Shown here piece by piece: positions 39,013 to 50,754 of a stretch of 64,000 nt of DNA. The notes under the pieces are model-generated. The model ran no database searches. It was not told the origin of the DNA and saw nothing but the letters and a program-made list of their open reading frames with translations. This DNA comes from Callorhinchus milii (Eukaryota): contig NW_024704743.1 of assembly GCF_018977255.1 (NCBI RefSeq), positions 113,896,001 to 113,960,000 of the forward strand. Reading direction: 5' to 3'. Within the stretch, counting starts at the first letter, position 1, and each line of letters opens with the position of its first letter. The position numbers were made by a program, and so were the translations under genes.

Positions 39013-41110
39013 GATCTACCGGTGGATCATTAGATCAGATTTGGTCCAGGTGAGAAAGTAATGGAGGCTAGCCTCAAAAGGACATTGCCAATTTTTTAAA
39101 ACTTTTTTTTGTCTCACTACTCTCCACCCCCCCACTTTGACCACGCTCCCTGTTCCTTGATTTAATCCGTTTCATCTTTCCCATGAACCTTGCTTTTCTG
39201 ACTCTGCTCAGTTCTGTGCCAACCCAGCAGCTAAAAGGATTGTATTTTTCCTAATTTTAGCAAAAAATAAATTTCACCGGGTAACCGTGCCAATAGCAGT
39301 TGCTATATGAAAACTACTGTTCTCTGAATTCGCTTCCAGTAAAGTCCTCTGCCCAGATTGTGTTCTCTTATCGTGTATACATATACAAGCTGAGGGTACG
39401 AACAGGGAAATCTGTGAGGGGGGTCAAGGCAGTGTTGAATTGATTGTGTGGGTGGGTGGTACGTGCCTGCATATTACCAGTATACGTGATAAACAGCTAA
39501 TAGGTTAAAGGGAATGGAAGAACCATCGAATGTTTCTTAATGTGCACCGAAAAATGTTTCACTCCTGTGAAGCTAAAGTGTTACTATATCATTCTCTGAG
39601 TTAATTCCTCAGTGCAGCTTCTTGTGTGTATACAAATGTTTGTTCATATTATGAAGGTCAAAATAGTGATTTCTGCTCTCATTCTGACAGCACATTTTTC
39701 TTTGCATTGTTTACTACTCAAAACCATAATTACAGAAGGACAAAAGACACAGTAAAATGGATAGGATAACATTTCTAATGTTTTAAGAAATGATGTTGCC
39801 CATTTATCCCAATCTTTCCTGGTTTATGTAGAACCTTAGAAATTAGCCCACAGAAGGCCATTCAGCCCATCGTGTTGTGTGCCGGTGGAGCAATCCTTTC
39901 AGTCCTGTTTACCTGCCCTATAAACCACCAATTCGAGTTCAGGACACCTTTGTCCTGTGGTAAAAATCTTTTGACTATCAGTTTCAGAAAATGTCAGTTC
40001 TATTAGATTGTTATAAAAATGATATGGCTAAAGAAAAATATTTTTTTGAAAAAAAGTTGAAAACTGGGAATGCTGATGGCATGCCAAGAAACAAGCTTGG
40101 AGAACGTTTTGCATTTTGGTTGGAGAGGAATGAATTAAGATCAGGAGAGGTGGTCATTAATCCCAGGTGTTTCATTTAAAACGGCATTCCAAATGTTTAT
40201 ACAAATTTTACTCCATGTATTGACCTTTTTCAAACTCGGTTACTTTGTTTATCTATTGTGTCCCCATAGTTCTTTTGACTATCTTCTTACTCCCTTTCCC
40301 TCTTGTACCTTGTAATATCCATTTTGTTTCCAGACTTAATGTTTGTTTAGAGTGTTTATCGAATAGTCTAGTTTCTCTTCCTCATTCATTCGGGACGTAC
40401 AATTTTAATGCTTACTGAGGTATTTTTAAAATCCTACCATTGTTTCCGCAAGCATAAGAGCAAAAAGAACAAAGAACTGCAGTGGAGGTTCTTTTAATCT
40501 TGTGCAGTTGAGTACATGCCTGGTTCTTCAACATCTTGTCAATAAAATGTAACCCAATCGAAACCAGCCAGTGAAATGGCAATCCTGTTGGAAACATCCT
40601 TTCTGTTTGTGATATGTTTTATTCAAATGCTTGCAGCGCACAAATGTTAACAGAACTTTAAATCAAATTCTTCTATACATCTGACACATGGAGTCCTTGG
40701 TCTGGTCAATAAATGATCTTTAAAATCTCCCTAGGTGGACCACCAAGCTAATAATCAATGCAGAAAATGTACACTCCCATTTCTTTAAAATATCTATTAA
40801 ACAATTCACCAGTACGATAAAGTTGCTTGGTAGGGACATGACCTGTAGGCTGATTTTTACAGCCATATTTCTAGAATGACTTTAGGACTGTATTGATGTT
40901 GTTAAAAAAAATCCGTTTTCCAAAATTAGTAATGTATGGCCCAACTTTATTTCTTCTTGATATTCACATTGCCCAAAATCAATTTTACTTACAAGGTGAC
41001 TGCCTATCTATACTATGGCATCATCTCTTTGTGGAAACCATTCTGCATATCATAGTAAAACTCCCAAGTCTTTATCTTTATAAATCGTACAATCGCCTAA
41101 ATTGTACATA

Positions 41111-41895
41111 TGTTATAGTAAAGTTGTGAAATCCCTGAAATTTTCAGCAAAATTGTGAAACCATGAAGTCACTGAAATTAGGAGTCAGGGATTTCATCTA
41201 AAAATGATCATTTCATCATATTGATATCCTTGCCAAGACCCTTGTTAGCATTATCAACGAATAACATTATGAAAATTAATATTTATTCACCATAAAGTTC
41301 ATGTTATTTTCATTCAGTGATGAGTCAAATGTTCGTTTAACACAAGTGAGGTTTCCATGGTACCAGGAGTCACATTTTAGCTTTGCTTTGAAGCATTTAC
41401 AACGGTTGGTCTGACATTTCTTCTGACTACAGTTACACGTCGTAAAGCCTTGGCTGCCACAAACCGACTGTACATTGACTTCTCCTGGTTGGCCCAGGTC
41501 TCTGTTAATCATCGTTGTGGACAGAGATGAAATTGGTTCCTGGAATATAGACCCCTCAGGATGCTGGCCTTCACTGCTATCTTGTACTGGACAGTGTCTC
41601 AATCTCTATTAATGATAACACCAAGGATGTTCCTGGGATCCCCTCTACCACTACCCTCTCCACTACTAGGATCACTTTTCCAAGAAATCCATGACCTCTA
41701 AATTTCAGTGATTTAATGGTTTCACAATTTTACTGAATTTTACAGGTTTCACCACATGTCATCATTCCCTTCCTAGAAAACCCCACCCTTGACCTCTCCA
41801 ACTTCACAAATTACTGAGCCATTTCCTGTGTGAGGGTGCTATATATAAATGCAAATTGTTCTTGAAATCTCTGGTTTCACAACTTTACTGTAACA
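41111..41895 (-). mobile_element. Internally deleted Ginger-type (KRBA2-like integrase) DNA transposon
   Basis: Ends TGTTATAGTAAAGTTGTGAAA and TTTCACAACTTTACTGTAACA; CATA on both flanks (41107-41110, 41896-41899); - strand peptides GRGDPRNILGVII and QGFTTCNCSQKKCQTNRCKC. Confidence 0.8.
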
Positions 41896-42529
41896 CATAC
41901 ACCCGAGTCCCATTCAATTTCCAATCAACGCCACTTAGATTTCATTGCATGTCATATTTTATAAAGCAAATCAATTCCTAACTTGTAAAGTGCTGCCACA
42001 CTTACTGGCTACATTGAATCATGGGAAATGAAGTTCTGACCTGATGATGCGTGTGCATGTACAAGTTACATTGAAGTACACAGTGTTTAGCTTGAAACGA
42101 GCGTGGGAAATGACGTCCTGTCCGGTTGACGCATGCATTGAAGTACGCATGCGCAGTCTTCTGTTTGAACCCAGCACAGGAAGCATTAAAGTCTTCACTA
42201 TCCCTGAATGCTCAATTCAGAATACTGGCTGCAAATGAATCGTGGGAAATGGAAGTTCTGACCCGTCAACACATGCGCTTTCCCAGGTCATCCATAGCAA
42301 ATAGCTTGCTCACTTTGTCGAAGCTCTTTGCATTGGGGTACAATATTAATTGGGTCCATAACTTTAAAGTGTTGTTACCATCAAGTAGACACTTGTGACA
42401 GTCAATCAGTAACATAGAAAGAAACAACAATAAGATGCGTAGTCAACTTTTTTTTGTGTGTGGGACGAATTTGGATTTAAGGAGGAATATTGGCTGGGGA
42501 CACTTTTCCATTTGCTCACTTGCATGTAA

Positions 42530-42860
42530 ATTAAGATGATGTGTAAATGCAACAGCTCACAAATGGTGATGAGATGAGTGACCAACTATAATCTGTATTT
42601 TGGGAATTTTGGATATAATGGGGTTGAATTGACCAGAATTGCTGTTCTTCAAAATAATGCCATGGATCTTTAATGTACATCAGTCGAGAGTCCTTGGCTT
42701 AAAGTCCTTGTCTCATGTGAAGGATGGCAGCTGTAAGAATGCAGTACTCCCACACTGCCTGGGGTCAGCTTCGTTTGAGCTCAATCCTGTTGGGGTTCTT
42801 GAACACATATTCTTCAGACCCAGATGAGCATTATCAAAATTACTGAGCCTAGCTAACCCA
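42530..42860 (-). mobile_element. Old Deu-domain SINE fragment
   Basis: aatgccatggatctttaatgtacat...tgtctcatgtgaaggatggcagc...gcagtactcc. Confidence 0.55.
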
Positions 42861-43513
42861 ATCCATGTACAAACAAGTCTTTAAACCTCCAGAGAGCAAT
42901 TTGATTGATAACTGCTACAATCCCTGTTGACTGTGTAAAGTCTCGACAAGTATTAGCCTGCCTCAATTGGTAGCACTTTCTCATCTGAGTTGGAAGGTTG
43001 TGAGCTCGAGGCCTACATTGGGACTTTGCATTACCTAGACTGGGCTCAGTGATGTCTCAACGACGTGATGAGGCGCTACATCAAATGCAAGGATTACTTT
43101 AAACCTCCAGCCAAAAAATTAATTCTGTATAAGTGTGCAATTCCTTTAAACACATTTTGGTTTTGGAAATCATATTGCTTGTTCTTGGGCTGATCCAGGT
43201 TGCAGTAACAGGAGACAATCTAAGCTCTCTTTGGACACAGGTATTCAATGCAAACTCGAAACTGAAGTTCTAAACTGACCTTTTTTTTAATGAATAGATT
43301 CCCTGTTTATTGAAGGGCTCTCGAAAATAAGTAGCATTATCTTTGCTTCCATTGTTTTTGACCTACCTTGCAATAACAACATTCATGCTGAAGAGTTCTT
43401 GTGCGTGCATAACCTGTAATATAGTTTTATTTGATTGGCTTACTGGGTACAAATACGAGTGATTGAATTGCCGTTCACAAATCCGTGTCTTACCATTTGC
43501 TTATGTTTTTGAT

Positions 43514-43875
43514 ATAATAATAATCCTTGCATTTGATATAGCGCCTTATCACTTCTTCAAGATGTCTCAAAGCGCTTCACACTGTAAAGTAAATTGACTG
43601 TATATTTTGTGGGCGAAACGCGGCAGCCAATTGCACACAGCAGTGTTCCACAAACAATCTTGGATTGAAGTGACCAATTTTATTTTTTTAAAGAAATTAT
43701 TACCCCCCTTAAAAGCAATACGCCAATTGACTAACAACGGGGTTCCTATTTACTACTAGGTAAACAGAGGTGTGTAGAATAAGGAAACTTGCCCAACATT
43801 TCGGCTTGCCAGGAATCAAACCCAGGTCTCTGGCTTGCGAGGCGAGTGTTCCAACCACTGAGCTACAGGTTCCAC
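43514..43875 (-). mobile_element. Full-length long-type tRNA-SINE
   Basis: Head, central cctctgtttacctagtagtaaataggaacc segment (- strand), tail. Confidence 0.88.
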
Positions 43876-44295
43876 CCATATGTACCCTGTCCTAAAATCC
43901 TAGTGATTGGCTTACGCTAGTGTCATTTTTAATTATTAGTGAGTTGAATACAAGCAGCACAGTTCAATCTGTTCATAGTTTTGTAATTTACGTTAGTTTG
44001 GACTTTTGATCAACTACTTCAAAATATTGTATGTATTTGATAAAATAGTAAATATGGTTATCATTGATAAAATGGTATACATCATGCACCAATATGGCCA
44101 AGACTATAGGGAGATAGTAATCCTTGATATAAGGAAAAAGTTAATATTGAAACCACAGTAATGTGGTTTTGCAAAGTACTTTGTTTTGGATTATGTTTAA
44201 CTCAGTAATTGATCAAAGTCAGTGTTAGCCTTAGAAAATGTATCTTAAATCATAGTATGAGTTATGTTGTTTTCCATTCACATCGACCCTTTATG

Positions 44296-45695
44296 TCATC
44301 ACCCCCATCTTGAAAAAACCTTCCCTGGACCCATCCCTCCTCTCCAGCTACTGCCCCATCTCTAACCTCCCATTCCTCTCCAAGGTCCTGGAACGAATCG
44401 TCGCGTTCCAGCTCTGTTCCTTCCGCGCTGCCCACAGCATGGAAACAGCCCTGGTCAAAATCACTAATGCCTCCTTGTCCTCCTCGATCTCTCTGCCACC
44501 TTCGACACTGTCGACCACTCCATCCTCATACATCGCCTCTCCTCTTTACTTAAACTTTGCGGACCTGCCCTTGCCTGGTTTGAATCCTATCTCTCTCACT
44601 GTCTCCACTTCGTTGCCTCTAACAGTTTCTCCTCCAACCCCCACACTGTCACGTCTGGCATTCCCCAGGGCTCGGCCCTTGGCCCTCTCTTTAATATCTA
44701 CACGCTCCCCCTTGGTGACATCATCCACAGACACAGGGTCAACTTGCATATGTATGCGGATGACACCCAACTCTTATCTTTCTGCCTCCACCCTCAACTC
44801 CAGGACCACTGCTGTCCTGACAGACTGCCTGTCGGACATCAAGTCCTGGATAAGGGCAAATTTCCTACAGTTGAATGTGAACAAGACTGAGGCCCTCCTG
44901 CTTGGCTCGCACCAGCACCTCAGGCTCTGGCAGCATCAACCTCCATGCTTGCATACTACAACTCACCAAGCCAGTCAGGAACCTAGGTTTCTTGTTCGAC
45001 CCGCAACTGTTTTTTCTCCCCCACATTCAAACCATGACCTGCTCTGCCTTCCCTCACCTCCGTAACATCGCCCGACTCCGCCACTCAGGCCGCTGAAACT
45101 CTTGTTCATGCCTTCATCACCTCCAGGTTCGTCTATGCAAACACCCTGCTTGTCGGCCTTCCTAACTCCTCTCTCCACAGGCTGCAGATAATCCAGAACT
45201 CTGTAACCCGTGTCCTCTCCTGCACCAAACTCCGTGACCCAATCTCCCCCACTCTCGCTCGATTCCATTGGCTCTCTGTCCTTCAGAGGATCCAGTTCAA
45301 GATCCTGGTTCTCACAAAAAAAGCCCTCCATGGTCTCGCCCCACCCTACCTCTGCAACCTCCTAACCCCCTACCAACCCACCCGCTCCCTCCGCTCAGCC
45401 GGCTCCGGCCTGCTCCAAGTCCCCCAACTCACCCGCCCCACCATTGGCCGCAGAGCTTTCAGCCACTCTGCCCCCAACCTCTGGAATTCCATCCCCCAGT
45501 CACTCTGCCTCGCTCCCTCCTTAGCCTCCTTCAAGTACCGCCTCAAGACCCTCCTCTTTGACCATGCCATCTCCCATCTCCCTCCCCCCCTTCCCCCGAC
45601 CCCAGCTTGGGTCTGAAATGCTGTACTCTGTCCAGTGCCTTGGGACATCCTCCCGATGTGAAAGGCGCTATATAAATGTAATGTTGTTGTTGTTA
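44296..45695 (+). mobile_element. L2 3' fragment (RT to tail)
   Basis: [29 protein letters not shown] codons, NFLQLNVNKTE; (TTG)n tail. Confidence 0.92.
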
Positions 45696-47375
45696 TGTGA
45701 CCCACAAAGTATTGCAATTTATTTCCTTTAGGTTTCTCATACCTCTGGAAGCATCTTGTTTCAGATATTTGCAATTCATTCCGTTGAATACTAGGAGTTG
45801 CATTGAGAATAGGATCTTTTCTTGATCTTGCTCCTATTTTTCCCTTTTCTTTTGAAAGAGGCTTGTCTGAAACTGGAAACTTCACTATAAAACTGCAGAC
45901 CAAAACTACTTGTTGCACATATTAATAAATCATCACTGCAACCATGTCATGGTAATTCTCTGAAAGGCTTGAATGTTTTCCGATTAGTAGCTTAAAGTGC
46001 AGTAGAAAACCAGTTATCTGCGCTAATTGAGAATGTCTCCATTTTGGATAAGGAGATGCTGGGAATTATTGGTCATCATGCATCATGAGGGTGTTAGCTT
46101 TATTGACTTTCTCTAAGATCCTGCTTCATCCTTCTCCCCCCACCCCCCCTTTTTTTTCTGGGGCATGATAGAGGATATTGCTTGGTGAGGGAGCATGTTG
46201 GGTCCTTTGTAAATTGAAAGGAATGTACCTCAACAGAAAATGTGTGTCTATCGGATGCAAAGTCTGAAGTTTTATTTCAGGAAATCGCTACAGGTCTGTT
46301 GTCATCCCATTGAGTGTTCCATTTCCTGCTGCCGAAGCTGTTGATGTTCACATTTAAGCCAGGAGAAATACTTACTGTTCCACTTTACCATCTCAAAGTT
46401 AGTTTAATAAACCAATGAACCTAAGAGCACCTTAAAAAGAAAAGGTTTAAAGTGTTGAGCGTTCACCTTTATTTAGAAGACATTTTGCCTTGGATTTGAT
46501 TTGCCTTGGATAAAGAGGGACTGTATATGATTTTTATTGGGGCCATATTACCTCACCCCCAAGGGAAAGTATCAGGTGCTTCCATAGGTTCAAATTCATG
46601 AACGCCTGTTACTTGTACCCACTTGTTTTCTCAGTGGTTCAACCTACCTACAGCAGGAGTTGTGTACTTGTCAGAATGACTGATGGTTGAGAGCTTCCTC
46701 TCTCCGGGAGAGCTGTTTACGTGTTCAAACATTGAGGGCTTCTAGAAAACTGGAGAAATTCCAGCTGGAATTGACCCAAAATGTGTACTTGATAGACGGG
46801 TTTGAAAAGTCCACCTGTCAAATATGACACATTTGTTTGATTTTAAAAAAACTCATTCCTTTGTTTTGATAAACAAATGTGCTCAGTAGTCAGATCTAAA
46901 GCAAGATACTACTAGGACCAGGAGAAGGTTTTGTGGTGTGTGAAAGGGAGTAGTGTCTCTTAATACCTTTTGATCTCTAATTCACATTACTCTTATCTGT
47001 TTCTGAAGTGCACCAAATATTTTCTTAATTGTTGGTATATTCTGAGATCATAAGGAATGTTAAAAGTAGAAGCAATTTCAATTCTGTTAACAGGACTATT
47101 CGTCTGGTTTGGGTGACCTAAATGTGTGCTTAGCCGATGAGGTCATAAGAAAAACTCAATGTTGTTACTGGATTTAATGATGCCATAGAAACATTTGTTT
47201 ATTCTGTGGTAAAACAAATTGCATAATCAGTAATTTGATGTTGCTAACTGAATCTTACCCAAACAACTCCACCTTTTCAATCTTGATATCTCTGCAAACT
47301 AGAATGATGGCATAATTGATAATTTCACATAGCCAAGAAATTGAGACAGAACCTTCCATCTTTGAATATCTAGGT

Positions 47376-47805
47376 GTCCTGTAGCTCAGTGTTTAGAGCA
47401 TTCGCTTTGCAAGCGAGAGACTGGGATCGATTCCTGGCCGGGTGAAACCTTGGGAAAGTTTCCTTACTTCGCACACCTGATAATAATGCCGCAAGAAAAA
47501 AACAATAATAAATTGATCATTTCAATTTCACGTCTTCTAGACGTCTCACAGCACTTCACAGAATATACTGTAAAGTGAATTGACTGCATTTTTGTGGGTG
47601 AAACGCGGCCGCCAATTGCGCATAGCAGTGGCCCACAAACAGCTGTGGATTGAAGTGACCAAATTATTATTGTTTTTTTCTTAAGGGATTATTATCGGGC
47701 ATGTGGAGTAGGGAAACTTGCCCAAGGTTTCGCCCTGCTGGGAATCGAACCCAGGTCTCTCACTTGTGAGGCAAGTGCTCTAACCACTGAGCTACAGGAC
47801 TCCAC
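47376..47805. mobile_element. Fused inverted SINE pair: + 5' half (47376-47526) joined to a - copy (47527-47805)
   Basis: Both outer ends are tRNA heads; the junction lacks the 3' half of the + copy and the tail tip of the - copy. Confidence 0.88.
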
Positions 47806-49626
47806 TGACTTGATTGACTTATGGGTTTATTTGGTTGCCATTCAAATCATTTCCCCCTTAGTGCTTAAAGTGTCAAACTGAACTCATAAATTGGCTCTTT
47901 TAATTTGTGTGAAAATCCAGTGACAGAAAATGAGATATTCTTTTAGCTCTGAACCTGCTGCATTCAGTGCTGGGCCGTTTCAAGCATATGCAGTCAAACT
48001 GTATTTTGCTTTGCTATAAATCGGGTTGAGATTTTATAAATCCCAAGCAATGAGTTATTGATACGGCTTCACTGTATTCTGGAATAGAATAATTGTATAA
48101 TGGTTATAATCACTTAGCGCATTGAACCTTCTACTAGCTTAAACTAAGTCACCTTGAAATATAGTGGTCAAATGTGACAGCTTCACCAGTGCAGAATTTT
48201 TAAAGCAAGGAAAAAGGAAATGAAACAGAGAGCAAAATATGAGGAGTGGGGGGTGGAGAAAGTGAAAACTTGAATGATGGGGTGATTTGGAGAGATGGGC
48301 AATATATCCACACAAAGAGGTTTCTAGATTTCTTTAAAACTGGCTGGAAACCTAGATCAAGTCGCTCAGGTCAGATATTGTGGGATCATCTCTGCAACTT
48401 TTAGTTTTGATCTCCCCCACAGTCTTCAGTATTCTCAGGTTGACTGAGACGCTGATTAGATGGAAGGGATGTCCAGACCTTCCTGTAGAATGCAAAGTTT
48501 GCTTTAAACAGAATCTTTGGGTGTCAGAAATCTAAAACTGGAAGCTGATATATTTGTTTTCTTATGTTAGCAGCAGTCTGCATCTTCGTCCACCTTTTTT
48601 CTTAATCTTGCTGGTGTAAAACGCTCTGGGACGCGACACTGCGTGAGAGGTGCTGTATATATGCAAATTGTTGTTGTCGGTTCTGAAGTGATGTAGAACA
48701 GCGACTGTCGTGGTTAGGATAAGTGGAAGGGTTGCAGAGCCAGGTTCTGCATCACCATAATACCGTTTTCAAAACGAACCAAGTTATTCGCTATTGAAGT
48801 TGGACTGGTAATGTTGATACAATTTCTGCAGTAACTAGGGTGACATGCCTGTATGAATTTGACAACTATTCACTGTGACCAATAAACTAAAGTTTTGAAG
48901 ATGCTTTAGATGTTGAATTGTTTGGCCCCATTCAGACCGAATAGTGGTCTAATGTGCAATGCAACAAGGTCAAATAAAGATGATTCCTGAGGACAGTGTA
49001 AAATCCTAACATAGGATAACAGTATTTGTATTTTCAGTGATTATTAATAATTGGTGATAATCCTTACATTTGATGCAATGCTTTTTACATTGTTGACTTC
49101 TCAAAGTACTTCACAGGATTTACTGTAAAGTGTAGTGATTGTGAGTGAAAAGGGCAGAACAGCGCACACAAAGTGAATGGTCAATTTTATTTGGACCAAT
49201 TTTTTATTTTTATTGGCCTGTACACTGGGAGAGATTCCGGCTGGGTGTTCCTTTTTTTTAATCTCCTTGCAGTTTCAGTAACTCGGTTGGTCTGTTGTTT
49301 CTCATGCTCTGACTGATTTCAATTGAGCAAAAAAATGAGCAGGAAAAGAACTGCAGTTGAAATAAATTTTGTAAATTTCTGTCTGAAATGTGTGGAACAA
49401 TTGGCGATTTTTAGTAGGAAGAGATCTTATATTAATACTTAAAGTAACAGTAGATTGAGGCCAAACCAGATGATTGAACAAACATGCTCTGAACTGCTGA
49501 GTAATATGTTTGCAGATATTTTGTAAATGGAATTGATCTGTAACTGTGATGCTTCTGCTCTCTAGAAAAAGTTCTAATGAAAATGTAAATCTTTTTATTT
49601 TTTCCAGTTGCTTATATGTCCACAAG

Positions 49627-49715
49627 ATGAGTGGAATGGGTGAAAACTCCTCTGACCCTACAAGAATAGATTCAAGAAAGCGTAAGGAATCGCCATGTGA
49701 GCACCCACGACCAAG
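49627..49715 (+). CDS. NCOA2: NCOA2 first coding exon (exon 49608-49715, 19-nt 5'UTR part, then ATG at 49627): MSGMGENSSDPTRIDSRKRKESPCEHPRP(S)
   Basis: Polypyrimidine tract + ttccag acceptor (AG 49606-49607) and AG|gtaag donor at 49716. Translation matches the vertebrate NCOA2 N-terminus (MSGMGEN.SDP.R...RKRKE). Phase 2 (89 nt) joins in frame to the next exon (AG+C=Ser). Confidence 0.95.
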
Positions 49716-49869
49716 GTAAGAGATTCAATCAAGGGAGTGAATTGTTGGGAGTGTTAAGATCTTTGCCTTCTTGATCATGATCCTTGGTCTTTAAGTTAGC
49801 AGATATTAGAGATGTCACCAGGGGCATGATCAGCTATTCTTGCTCATATTCATTATTCATTCAGTAATA

Positions 49870-50020
49870 CTCTCAACCAGTGGACTTTTCTGGAAAGCTT
49901 GTGTGCAGACATTGAGGTGAGGACAAGATCTGGTTTGGTTGCGATAACCTTTGCAGTTGAATGGTCTGCTGCCACTCCTGAGGCTTGACTTGCAAATAGG
50001 AGTGTACCTCAGGTTGAGTT
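49870..50020 (+). mobile_element. AmnSINE2-like ancient SINE fragment
   Basis: ccagtg..ctggaaag..tgtgtgcagac..gaggtgaggacaagatc..gttgaat resembles the AmnSINE2 body as recalled. Confidence 0.45.
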
Positions 50021-50564
50021 AGTATCTTGAAGAAAAAGCTTGAGGAGCAAAGGAAAATAGAACTTATGAATCATGAATATGCTAACCACTGCATGTCTAT
50101 TTACATAACTAAGTCAAGGTATTCTACAGTAACATTGCATTTCTCTGCCCTAGAGATATTGCCAATGACTAAATTTGCTTTTCTGACATGTTTACATTTA
50201 TTTTTGTTTTAATATTGAATCAGGATTATTCTTTCATTTAAAGCGCAATATTTTTGAAAAACATTCATTCTGTTCCACTCCAACATGATACTATTGTTTG
50301 TAATCAATTATTGTACGATAGATAAATATGAACTACATGATGTGAATATCTGAAGATCTTCAAACATGTACGTCAGCTTCAGAATTGATAAGCAAAGGGT
50401 CTGTTAGTTTTTGCATCAGTACTAACCACAGAGCCATGTTTTTCCGGAACTCTTTACTCATGGCAGTAAAATAACTCACATTATAGTGTGGTGTAGTTTT
50501 GCCAGCAGGAAATGAACGCTGTGGCTAAAGAAATCCTGCACTCATTCAATATTTATTTAAGCCC

Positions 50565-50754
50565 GGGTTCTAGCAAGGATTAGTGGATAGTAACCGAGTG
50601 GAATTTGGTTAAATGTTTTTCCCTCTACCTGAGGGACATTGAGGCTAATTATTGTGCCCCATGATAGCCTGTCTTAAGAGCTGATACAGGGCAAGGATCA
50701 AACCTCGGAGCTTGTAGGTCTGCATGGCTCAGTACCACAACGTGTGCCTTTATC
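50565..50754 (-). mobile_element. AmnSINE2-like fragment, interrupted by L2 (resumes at about 52848-52867)
   Basis: tgaggctaatt...gatcaaacctcggag...ggtctgcatggctcagtaccaca, continuing as tttatccattcaacc after the L2. Confidence 0.5.

Noticed and set aside
39828..39930. CR1 tail-like snippet (also about 53800-53852)
   Set aside because: Plausible, but too short to set boundaries.
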